A DNA stretch of 64,000 bases, taken from a virus. Below the pieces are notes generated by a model, which was not told the origin of the DNA, did no database searches, and was given only the letters and a program-made list of their open reading frames with translations. The DNA lies in IMG/VR virus record IMGVR_UViG_3300028550_004390, positions 2,734-66,733 of that record; one strand, given 5' to 3'. The position numbers and the translations under genes are program-made. Shown one piece after another: positions 8,201 through 15,342 of this stretch (its first letter is position 1; every line of letters starts with the position of its first letter).

Positions 8201-10095
8201 GCATACTTACTTGATTTGGAGCCTAATTCTGCTTTATTCCTTTGGTGGTTATGTTTAAGACCACCCTTTTTTAAGAGATAGTTAAATGTCTTTATGGTTA
8301 TGGATGGTCCGACTTGGGATGGAAGCTTCTTAAAGTCTTTTACTTTACCTAAAGCATTACCTTTGAATTTGACGGACAAGTTTCCAAAACCAAATGCAAT
8401 CAAATCATCTAATGTACTGGTCCAAGAACCAATACCCTCGGTAACCGATTCTTTTTTGATTAAGTCTATAGTAGCTAAAGCTAATTTCTTCAATTTATCA
8501 TCCCCATTCTTTTCAGCTTTTACAAGAGAAGATTTAGCAATTTTTAAGCGATCTTCTTTTGATAATACTTCATTAACTGATTCGTCTAGATCTAGATCCC
8601 AACCATACTCTACATATGCAATTGCGTCATCTGGGTCCATATTAAATTTCTTAGCAGCCTTTAAAACAATATCTCTTGTTATTTTGGAGTTTGGTATCTT
8701 AGCGATTATTTTACTAAATCTAGCATCGACACCTACTTCGGGGTTGACCATTGTTTTTTCAAGTATTTCACCTTTGCCTAGATCAAATCTTAAACTAGGA
8801 AACTTAGCAATGTCTACTGCAGTACTACCTCTAAGGGATACTTTCATATTAAATTTCTCGCCGTTTTCATTCTCAACCTCAAATACTTTTTCTGCATTTG
8901 ATTTCTGACCGTAGCCTGTAATAGTGTAGGTTCCTTTCTCAGTTTTGACCGTACTACCAATCTTAAGCTTCTTAGCTGCTTTAGGAGCCATCATAGCTTC
9001 ATTCATCGATTCTCCTATGGTATCTCCTTCTATTCTATTGAACATTATTCCATACACATCACCCTTTCCAAAATCAACGTTAGCCATATCTTGCATCACT
9101 TTAACGACTTTTCCCTTTCTTCCATCCATATATAAAATGTCTCCAACTTTTACTGGTGTGTTAGGATTACCTTCATTAACCGATTCATTAGCCATTTGGG
9201 TTAATGCTTTGTCAATCTGACTTGCTGCCTTTGGATTAGTTTTGTATTGGTCAAGACCTTGTAACCAAGCTTGATATGATTTTTCCTTGTAATTACTTTT
9301 AGGTGTTATTTCTAGGGTTTTACCATTAGATGCTTTAACCATTATCTTATTCGGTCTAGTCTCTTCATGCCAAGATTTAACTGTAAGGCCTTCATTAACT
9401 GATTCGGTTTTTTTTCTGACCTCATCACTAACCCATTTCTTTTCGCTCTTAGACAATTGCTCCCAATCTTTTTTGAATTTCTTTTGGGCTATCTGATCTA
9501 CGTGGCCAGTAAAAAATGATTCTTTAACTGATTCATGGGAGAGCTCTTCGCTATCGTCATTGTGAGGATCTCCAGTCATAAGAGTACCATCAGGCATTTT
9601 ATGAGTTGGTCCAGTCCATTCCTTACCATCTTTTGTATAGTGTTTTTGGCCTGGTCCTTCATTAACTGATTCTTTTAATTTAGATATGCTCCAAAATTTA
9701 TTTTGATAGTCTGCATAACCATCTAGGTATTTCTGTGCATCCTTTAGGGTTTTAAATTTATAGGCTTTAGAAATCTTCCGATCAGATACCCACTTTGGAC
9801 CTTTTGAGTTATCCCTGACTCGCCAACCAATATCTTTTACATATTTAGGACTTCCAGTCTCCTTACTTTGAATAACATAATATTCTGCACCTTCATTAAC
9901 TGATTCTTTAAGGTCAAGTGCCTTGGCAATAGTCTCTCTAAACTCATCTAACTCATCGTCATTAAGCTTTCTAAATTCTGATCTGAGTTTAGCAACATAT
10001 TTGTCTGCTAGGTCCTGACCCTTACCTTCGGTTATTTGATCAACTAGTTGGTTGACTTCTTCACCTATTATTTTTCTTAAATCTGATGGTTTCAT
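5278..10095 (-). CDS. 1605-aa modular polyprotein-like protein with ~20 modules separated by ESVNE-like linkers (putative internal head protein precursor)
   Basis: 8 exact ESVNE plus ESMNE, ESVTE, ESVSE x2, ESISE, ESVEE, ESVKE, KSINE, KINE and KLTE linkers; Lys-rich small domains between them. Confidence 0.8.
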   Translation of the reverse strand: MKPSDLRKIIGEEVNQLVDQITEGKGQDLADKYVAKLRSEFRKLNDDELDEFRETIAKALDLKESVNEGAEYYVIQSKETGSPKYVKDIGWRVRDNSKGPKWVSDRKISKAYKFKTLKDAQKYLDGYADYQNKFWSISKLKESVNEGPGQKHYTKDGKEWTGPTHKMPDGTLMTGDPHNDDSEELSHESVKESFFTGHVDQIAQKKFKKDWEQLSKSEKKWVSDEVRKKTESVNEGLTVKSWHEETRPNKIMVKASNGKTLEITPKSNYKEKSYQAWLQGLDQYKTNPKAASQIDKALTQMANESVNEGNPNTPVKVGDILYMDGRKGKVVKVMQDMANVDFGKGDVYGIMFNRIEGDTIGESMNEAMMAPKAAKKLKIGSTVKTEKGTYTITGYGQKSNAEKVFEVENENGEKFNMKVSLRGSTAVDIAKFPSLRFDLGKGEILEKTMVNPEVGVDARFSKIIAKIPNSKITRDIVLKAAKKFNMDPDDAIAYVEYGWDLDLDESVNEVLSKEDRLKIAKSSLVKAEKNGDDKLKKLALATIDLIKKESVTEGIGSWTSTLDDLIAFGFGNLSVKFKGNALGKVKDFKKLPSQVGPSITIKTFNYLLKKGGLKHNHQRNKAELGSKSSKYAKGSVELTEGFGDFMDPSDVATMLDIAARWSSTQHQAANQSWSYEQDLYDYLKSDHVPKKYHKDFYKAVKRAFTSNRVKESVNEVATLGASKAMRIGRKLGWDVKKKASGRTDYVTFTKDGKKYGPVDANALTQTLLMKKLTESKLTEAEFKHINKDEHKIKLAIKDVEKKSRLKANRDKEPEYEQLALNKIMLSKVLGREKLSSKYKTVWEKLKKEYSLKEAKIMKKNKSINEAKFNKNSLLKAMKKADGMITVNRGKQYVIYNPKKGDDSNIESNSGRGGQDFWDMWQDKVIFGVDEDGEEHEIRYSDIEDYNESVSEGVLNEMVLSLPVVAALITTTGILGRLALMSDDKFTKLMGQTKSDVKGIGKIFKKGFNNYAKLLPVIGKKIKYKELQDFQTAQVAKYINDELTDADIIKILSEDPKIKKLIDSIATGSGHYKALYNHIKGLGGGKSGKYGYYYINDKFKKLRTKISKGKVESISEVTLKKGDILKFKTGAKWKIVNPHGDGYRVKVDQEGNGNYGRNTGWQPQDWLDMMFRQNKVVVEGIKESVSEGLWDNVRKKKARGESPAKPGDDEYPDSKAWKDAQESVEEDFNIGKQNTSERDRFMKFMFKNGEANGKYDGKSVTVSTNGAKKDPRKWTVEFTKTGKSIKFIDTIASLVVKEGKLTEIRKGDYVGSGKEVGLVNKVSGSGANQVAYVKFNSRPKSFHPILARNLTKTGKKHKGKDLYQEGKINEASRGKIHKAAKKGSYPVTIVVINSGMVVKQELVDTPAAVPAAFNELQKQYPNAIISIESNTGETLFSESVNEGKEQTVAKGKWEIVKVPKGSNNSTRFGDRYYLLLGGQHVGGSVTANGSFSPPSSGNSSEDYVMKILKKAKIVESVNEAQLQDLPIKSLLGLGKFATVSMGEKKLYKLSEAFEEWLIDNDDNTYEGITAHLDMAIELIQERENKEAVPHMNKFNKACGKALSRLK
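5541..9906. repeat. dispersed 16-bp repeat CTTCATTAACTGATTC (encodes ESVNE)
   Basis: Exact copies at 5772, 7950, 8568, 9390, 9657, 9891; single-mismatch copies at 5541, 9171; variant CCTTCAGAAACTGATTC at 6536 and 7241. Confidence 0.9.
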
Positions 10096-10096
10096 A

Positions 10097-10279
10097 TTAT
10101 ACCCACTTATTATTATATCCTGACCTTTGGTCTTCTAACACATATTCAACATGATCGTTTGTACCACAGTGTGGACAGTTCAATCTATCTAAATCAGCTG
10201 CCTCATTTATCTTCCATTCTTCGACACAACTGCTACACTGATAGATGTATGTGTGTCGTATGAAGACTTTATGTGACAT
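10097..10279 (-). CDS. zinc-ribbon protein
   Basis: CSSC...CPHCG. Confidence 0.7.
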   Translation of the reverse strand: MSHKVFIRHTYIYQCSSCVEEWKINEAADLDRLNCPHCGTNDHVEYVLEDQRSGYNNKWV

Positions 10280-10300
10280 TCCTTTATCCTATTATCTTAT

Positions 10301-10340
10301 TCTCAATATACGAAATTAACTGCAATTATAAAAATATTTC
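10301..10340 (-). promoter_or_regulatory. class B promoter
   Basis: Plus-strand caatatacga...ataaaaatattt. Confidence 0.55.
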
Positions 10341-10345
10341 AGCAG

Positions 10346-10570
10346 TTATTTTTTACCTGCAAACTTTTCTAAGCCTGCAATACCAAAGCATCCTAGTACT
10401 ACCATTACGAATGAATTGTATATAGCCTCATTAATAACTAAGTCCTTGCCAAAGGCTCCAGTTGTTACGTCAGCTACCATTACTACTGTCATTATTAAAA
10501 ATGCACAAAAACCTACTATAGATTTTTCATTGTAGTCATTTTTGTCTTTAAATATGTCTTTCCAGCTCAT
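10346..10570 (-). CDS. small 2-TM membrane protein (holin-like)
   Basis: Two hydrophobic segments, basic C-terminus, AGGAG RBS, late motif upstream. Confidence 0.55.
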   Translation of the reverse strand: MSWKDIFKDKNDYNEKSIVGFCAFLIMTVVMVADVTTGAFGKDLVINEAIYNSFVMVVLGCFGIAGLEKFAGKK

Positions 10571-10590
10571 TATTGTACTCCTAATTTATA

Positions 10591-10600
10591 TATAAATATC
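10591..10600 (-). promoter_or_regulatory. putative late promoter GATATTTATA
   Basis: Same 10-mer upstream of several structural/lysis genes. Confidence 0.65.
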
Positions 10601-10940
10601 AAAAACCATTCATTATAGCTTCACTTATTGCATCTTGAATTTCATCTTGTGTGACTTCTAATACCATCATTATGTTTGCTTGAAACCTTGCTACTTCAAC
10701 ACCATCATTAAATACTACCACCGATGGTACTACTACGATCTTGTGTTCTTTCTGTGCAGCTGTGTTGGCAAATATATCGATCCTTAGGGTTTCGCAGTCT
10801 TCCAGGGCTTCTAGGAATTCACATTTAGTTGGCGAGAATGGAGCATTGAACTCAACCACCTCTATTCCTTCACCTTGAATTTCTTGAGTATAAACCATTG
10901 TTGATATGCATATTAATAAAAACGCTAAAATGTATTTCAT
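10599..10940 (-). CDS. secreted thioredoxin-fold protein lacking canonical CxxC
   Basis: Signal peptide; VVEFNAPF...KIVVVPSVVVFNDGVEVARF (cis-Pro thioredoxin pattern). Confidence 0.65.
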   Translation of the reverse strand: MKYILAFLLICISTMVYTQEIQGEGIEVVEFNAPFSPTKCEFLEALEDCETLRIDIFANTAAQKEHKIVVVPSVVVFNDGVEVARFQANIMMVLEVTQDEIQDAISEAIMNGF

Positions 10941-10943
10941 GGT

Positions 10944-11291
10944 CTAATTCCTATTGGATCTGTTTATGTCGAACTGACTGCCTTCTACATATCTGATACT
11001 ATCGTATGATCCATCTTCATATTCTAGTCTTTCTAGTTTATATAGTATATTATCAATTGATCTTTTGATCGTGTCCATATCCATAGATGTTTGTTCTACT
11101 ATATTAAACATGCTATCTTGATATGCTATATCTGCCTCCGATGGTTGCCAAGGCTCTTCAGTAGTTTTAATTATAACTTTTTCTGGATCAAGCATGACAT
11201 CTGCCAGTAGTAAAGTACTGCAAGAAGCTATTGTCATCACGAATATTGATACTCTTGACGATAGGCATATGTTTGTGTTCCATATTTTCAT
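10944..11291 (-). CDS. hypothetical exported/membrane-anchored protein
   Basis: Hydrophobic N-terminal segment followed by an acidic coiled coil. Confidence 0.55.
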   Translation of the reverse strand: MKIWNTNICLSSRVSIFVMTIASCSTLLLADVMLDPEKVIIKTTEEPWQPSEADIAYQDSMFNIVEQTSMDMDTIKRSIDNILYKLERLEYEDGSYDSIRYVEGSQFDINRSNRN

Positions 11292-11297
11292 ATTTGG

Positions 11298-11585
11298 TTA
11301 CTTCATTGCATCTATTTTATCATTCAGTTTTACTAAGGTAGCCTTAATCTCTTTTACATCTTCCTGAGTCGTCATAATGGTCTGTCGGACTAATTGGTCC
11401 TTCATGTCAAATTCCATACGACTAATTTCTGGTGGAGTAGGTTCTGGTAATAGCCTTGCCTCTTCTATATCTGCCTGAAGTACAAACCACATACTGATTA
11501 CCGTTGCCATAGCTACACCAATACCAGCTAAGGTTTTTATGCTTATATTAAACCCAGTGTCTTCATTTAATTCTTTAGTTGCCAT
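11298..11585 (-). CDS. single-TM coiled-coil protein
   Basis: TM TLAGIGVAMATVISMWFVL, then heptad-like C-terminus; strong AGGAG RBS. Confidence 0.65.
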   Translation of the reverse strand: MATKELNEDTGFNISIKTLAGIGVAMATVISMWFVLQADIEEARLLPEPTPPEISRMEFDMKDQLVRQTIMTTQEDVKEIKATLVKLNDKIDAMK

Positions 11586-11597
11586 TTTCTCCTCTCC

Positions 11598-12665
11598 TTA
11601 GAATATTACATAGTTGACGCCGATAGAAAAATCGTGCCAAGCTCTGTTCCAGTATTTGTTATATTTTCCTTCTGCAAACACTCCAAGGTGCTTATCAAAT
11701 TTATATCCAAAAATTAAACCTCCTGAGAAGTCTGTCCATTGTCCATCATTGAATTCATGATAGCTAAATTCATTGTTGCCTTGTATATGGTATGGCATTA
11801 GGTTACCCCAAGAATGTAACCAAAAGTCTTTAGTGTAGTAATAGTAATCAAAGCCTACGACTAATGAATGTTGTAGGTTGTTAGCTAGTTTATTCCTTTC
11901 TTGTTCTGTATAGTCAGCTAATACATCAGGTATAACAACACCTTCCCATATCTGGATATTCTCTGCTACTAGAGTTCCTGAAGGGTCATAGTATGTTTCT
12001 CCACCTATTCCGTCAAAGTCTATTGTATAACCTTGTTGCAATGCTAGATCTGTATAGTGTAGATTACCATTTGACAATAGCCAATCTGATAGAGGATCAT
12101 ACCCATAAGGTTCTGATAGTCTTTGTACTGTTCCAATATTTAGGGATAGCTTTTTGCCTATGTTATATCTATACCTCTGTGAAGACTCGAAGTATTCTAT
12201 ATCTGCAAAGCCATCTTGTAAATATTCTACTTTTGCTATCCAATCATCAGCTACATACCTAAGGAAGTGATGCTGATTTAGAAAGTTAGTTCCTTGCTGT
12301 CTTGTGTAGTCACCTTCAAATAAGAATTCAAAGCCTTTTATCTTACCAATCGTTGCAGCATCTGCATATGAATTTTCAGTTCCATCATAAAATACTTTTT
12401 CTCTATTCTCATATCCCAATCTAGCAATCTTTCTTATGCCGAATGTAATTGAATAGTCGAATGGTGTTTCAATGACTTCTGTTTGTAATCCATTTGTAAT
12501 AGAATATACATCTACATCAGATATAGAATTTCCCCCATTTACTGCACCATAGAATGTTGCAAACTTGAAAGTCTTCTTTAGGTTCTTATTGAATGCACTT
12601 TGCTCCTGGCTTATTCCCAAGATAGGGATTAGAAGTAATAGTACTGATAATAAAAGGTTTCTCAT
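11598..12665 (-). CDS. putative outer-membrane beta-barrel protein
   Basis: Sec signal peptide, aromatic-rich alternating strands, C-terminal GVNYVIF (BAM beta-signal-like). Confidence 0.65.
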   Translation of the reverse strand: MRNLLLSVLLLLIPILGISQEQSAFNKNLKKTFKFATFYGAVNGGNSISDVDVYSITNGLQTEVIETPFDYSITFGIRKIARLGYENREKVFYDGTENSYADAATIGKIKGFEFLFEGDYTRQQGTNFLNQHHFLRYVADDWIAKVEYLQDGFADIEYFESSQRYRYNIGKKLSLNIGTVQRLSEPYGYDPLSDWLLSNGNLHYTDLALQQGYTIDFDGIGGETYYDPSGTLVAENIQIWEGVVIPDVLADYTEQERNKLANNLQHSLVVGFDYYYYTKDFWLHSWGNLMPYHIQGNNEFSYHEFNDGQWTDFSGGLIFGYKFDKHLGVFAEGKYNKYWNRAWHDFSIGVNYVIF

Positions 12666-13567
12666 TTCTTTATATCCATTTTTTTGTTTTTTATGTATTC
12701 AACCATAATCTTTATCTTAGGCTTATACCAATCCGGAGTCCTGTCTATTATACCAAGGTATTCCGACTTCTCTTCGTCCATTCTAACAGTTATCTGGAGA
12801 TCTGTCAAGTTTAAAAGGATTTGGCTAGATGTTGATAGAACATCCTTATCGGTTGAGTTTTGCACTTTGTCTTTGTCTCTATAAGGATTGTCCCTCATAT
12901 TCACTGGATAGTAGCCGCTTAGGCCATCTAATATATCTAGTGGGTTTTTAGCTTTAGTTAAAACTGCGTGAGCAATATTCCATCTTGATTCTGATGATTT
13001 CCTATTTGCCCCGGATGTATATCCTGAATCTTTGTATTCGTAACCATGATTAGTCCTAACATGGTTTAAGCTTCTATCCATTTTATTTATCGTTGGAGAA
13101 TGCTTAGAGGTCATTTCTATAGAGACAGAGTTTTTAGGGTCTGCTATGAATGTATGCCCCTTGACACCAATATCTAGTTTATCCTTTCCAAAAAATTTAA
13201 TTAGGGATTCAATGGACTTAGCGATTGTTGGATAGCTTAAAGCTTTTCTAATTTTGAGACCATCCTCAGAGACTTTACCTTTGTGCTTAATGATCTTCTT
13301 TTCTTTCTCATCAGCATTTACCATCAATGCTGAATTTAGAATGCCTATTCCTGCAGAGTTCATACCTTCAGACCAATCTGTTTCGTCGTCCAATATGTAT
13401 ACCAATTCAATATCACCTATCAATTCTCTTACAACATTTACCTTAGCATCGTAAGCTCGGTCACGATTCTTTGCTAATAATACTTTATTACCTAGTACTG
13501 AATGTGTTATTATGCATTCATTTAGGGTGGCTTTAGGTTTTATTAATATGTTTTTGAGCTTAATCAT
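12662..13567 (-). CDS. Ntn-hydrolase (peptidase C45/C59-like) with N-terminal leader
   Basis: LNE-CIIT...LLAKNRDR...WSEGMNSAGIGI...VRTNH...SSESRW; Cys18 is the candidate nucleophile. Confidence 0.7.
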   Translation of the reverse strand: MIKLKNILIKPKATLNECIITHSVLGNKVLLAKNRDRAYDAKVNVVRELIGDIELVYILDDETDWSEGMNSAGIGILNSALMVNADEKEKKIIKHKGKVSEDGLKIRKALSYPTIAKSIESLIKFFGKDKLDIGVKGHTFIADPKNSVSIEMTSKHSPTINKMDRSLNHVRTNHGYEYKDSGYTSGANRKSSESRWNIAHAVLTKAKNPLDILDGLSGYYPVNMRDNPYRDKDKVQNSTDKDVLSTSSQILLNLTDLQITVRMDEEKSEYLGIIDRTPDWYKPKIKIMVEYIKNKKMDIKK

Positions 13568-13866
13568 TTTATGATTCTTTTTATGGCTTGTACTGTGAAC
13601 GGATACGCCTTACCCTTTCCCTTTTCATCCCATATAACAATTTCTGATTTGTTGGTCTTTATTTTTAGTGCTGCTTTTGCCATAGTTAAAGCATTCCTAT
13701 AATCAAACACCAAAGGGTTGCCATCAACACTTGTCGTATGCTTTTGAATCATACCATCTCTATGGATAAAATAAGGGTCATCTCCACTTCTTTGGGATAT
13801 CTTTATTTGGAAATCATAGTAGATAGAATTCTTAGCTTCAGTTAATATGTCTTTAAGCTTGATCAT
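13564..13866 (-). CDS. putative internal virion protein with MIKLKDILTE leader
   Basis: Shared leader; ATGA overlaps. Confidence 0.6.
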   Translation of the reverse strand: MIKLKDILTEAKNSIYYDFQIKISQRSGDDPYFIHRDGMIQKHTTSVDGNPLVFDYRNALTMAKAALKIKTNKSEIVIWDEKGKGKAYPFTVQAIKRIIK

Positions 13867-14396
13867 TTACCATACATTCTTTTTATTACGGTTCCACCTT
13901 TCTTAAGCTTTCTTTCATAATAACCATCTTCAAGGTGTTTAATAAACTTAGGACCAACCATCTTTTCAATTTTCTTTTTATCCAAGACTACGGGTGCACC
14001 TTTAGATGCCATAATTTGATCCATTTTTTTACTGCCTTCTAGCCTATATCCGGACTTAACCATGGCGACAGCTTTTTTAACTACTGCACTTTTTGCTGCA
14101 CTTTGACCGTCAGTTGCTAATAGCTTAACCACCTTACCTCTTGTGAATATAAATGCATCTGGCATTGGGTCTTTATCTACATCTATTAACATTACTATTT
14201 CATAACTACTTTGTAGTTCACTTGCAGAGAATGCTGATAGTTGTAGACCTTCAGCTGAATAAACTGCACTATACATCTTGAATAGTTTGTCCATTATCCT
14301 TTCGTCAATAGATGAAAGCTGTTGGGATATCCACTTTTTCTTAGGGTGGTCGTCTAAGTTATAGTCTTCTTTTAATATGTCTATTAGTTTAATCAT
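13863..14396 (-). CDS. putative internal virion protein with MIKLIDILKE leader
   Basis: Likely start ATG 14396 (TAATG overlap with the upstream stop). Confidence 0.6.
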   Translation of the reverse strand: MIKLIDILKEDYNLDDHPKKKWISQQLSSIDERIMDKLFKMYSAVYSAEGLQLSAFSASELQSSYEIVMLIDVDKDPMPDAFIFTRGKVVKLLATDGQSAAKSAVVKKAVAMVKSGYRLEGSKKMDQIMASKGAPVVLDKKKIEKMVGPKFIKHLEDGYYERKLKKGGTVIKRMYGK

Positions 14397-15286
14397 TACC
14401 ATGCCTTGCAAGACCAATATCCTGCTGATGTTTTATCTTTCTTCTGGTCACACTTATGTCTTGCTCTAAATGATTTTCTTGCATCAGGATTATCCTTTCT
14501 GATCCTTTGGGTTTCTTGTCCTGCTTTCTTAGCGGCTTTACCACCTTGACCAAAGTGAACAACTTTTATATTTCCAGATGATGGATCTTTTACATAGACC
14601 TTAAACTTCTTTTGGTCACCTTGCATAGGTTTATTAAGCTTAACCTTTCTGCCTTTATACTCTGCCTCTTGAAATACAACAGGTTCTGAATGCTCTACTA
14701 GTTCTATTCTTAAAGAGCTATTTTTATATATTGATTTTTCCATGCTTTCCTTTATTAAGCTTGTTTTAGATTTAACTTCAGGATGTCTTTTTAACATTTT
14801 ATCTACTGCTGCTATATTTTTAGAACTGTCGTCCATAAAATACACTGTGTCATATCCTTTTTTAATTTGTCGTTCAATCCAATCTGCTTTAACTTTTGGA
14901 TCGGCACTACCTACCGGTACAACATATGCATCTATACCAACAGATCTTAAGAAACTAGAAACAGGAGCTCCTAAAGATCTTGCAGTTAATATAGTCACCT
15001 TCCTTGCACCCTTAGAAGATCTTCTGGCTTTATCTAATTGCTTTCTTAATAGATCTGCATTCTTTTTAATTAGCTTGGGATTCTGTAATGGTCGATCGAA
15101 ATCTTTGAAATCGAACTCTTCTTCTGGAGCAGCCTTGTATACTGCAAACTGAGCAGGGTCTAGCTTCTTAACTACCTTACCATTTTTTGTGACATATATC
15201 CATGCATCAGATTTTGCAATAGTGTCGTCGAAATCGAATACACTTAATACTTTGCCTTCCTCTAATATGCCTTTGAATTTAATCAT
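14396..15286 (-). CDS. HAD-family phosphatase-like domain fused to a basic C-terminal phage domain; MIKFKGILEE leader
   Basis: VFDFDDT (motif I), ILTAR (II), K, FMDD (IV); second module AEYKGRKVKLNKP...FRARHKC...YWSCKAW follows FQE. Confidence 0.75.
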   Translation of the reverse strand: MIKFKGILEEGKVLSVFDFDDTIAKSDAWIYVTKNGKVVKKLDPAQFAVYKAAPEEEFDFKDFDRPLQNPKLIKKNADLLRKQLDKARRSSKGARKVTILTARSLGAPVSSFLRSVGIDAYVVPVGSADPKVKADWIERQIKKGYDTVYFMDDSSKNIAAVDKMLKRHPEVKSKTSLIKESMEKSIYKNSSLRIELVEHSEPVVFQEAEYKGRKVKLNKPMQGDQKKFKVYVKDPSSGNIKVVHFGQGGKAAKKAGQETQRIRKDNPDARKSFRARHKCDQKKDKTSAGYWSCKAW

Positions 15287-15342
15287 AATGATGTGTCAGG
15301 GAACCAGTTGTCATTTTCTAATATGTTTTCTGGATCCTTCAT
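15283..15342 (-). CDS. 19-aa mini-ORF (MKDPENILENDNWFPDTSL); not in ORF track
   Basis: Fills the intergenic gap exactly, with ATGA start/stop overlaps at both ends. Confidence 0.5.
   Translation of the reverse strand: MKDPENILENDNWFPDTSL

Noticed and set aside
5541-9906. ESVNE DNA repeats as a CRISPR array
   Set aside because: Repeats are only 16 bp, irregularly spaced hundreds of bp apart, and in frame in one ORF; no cas operon
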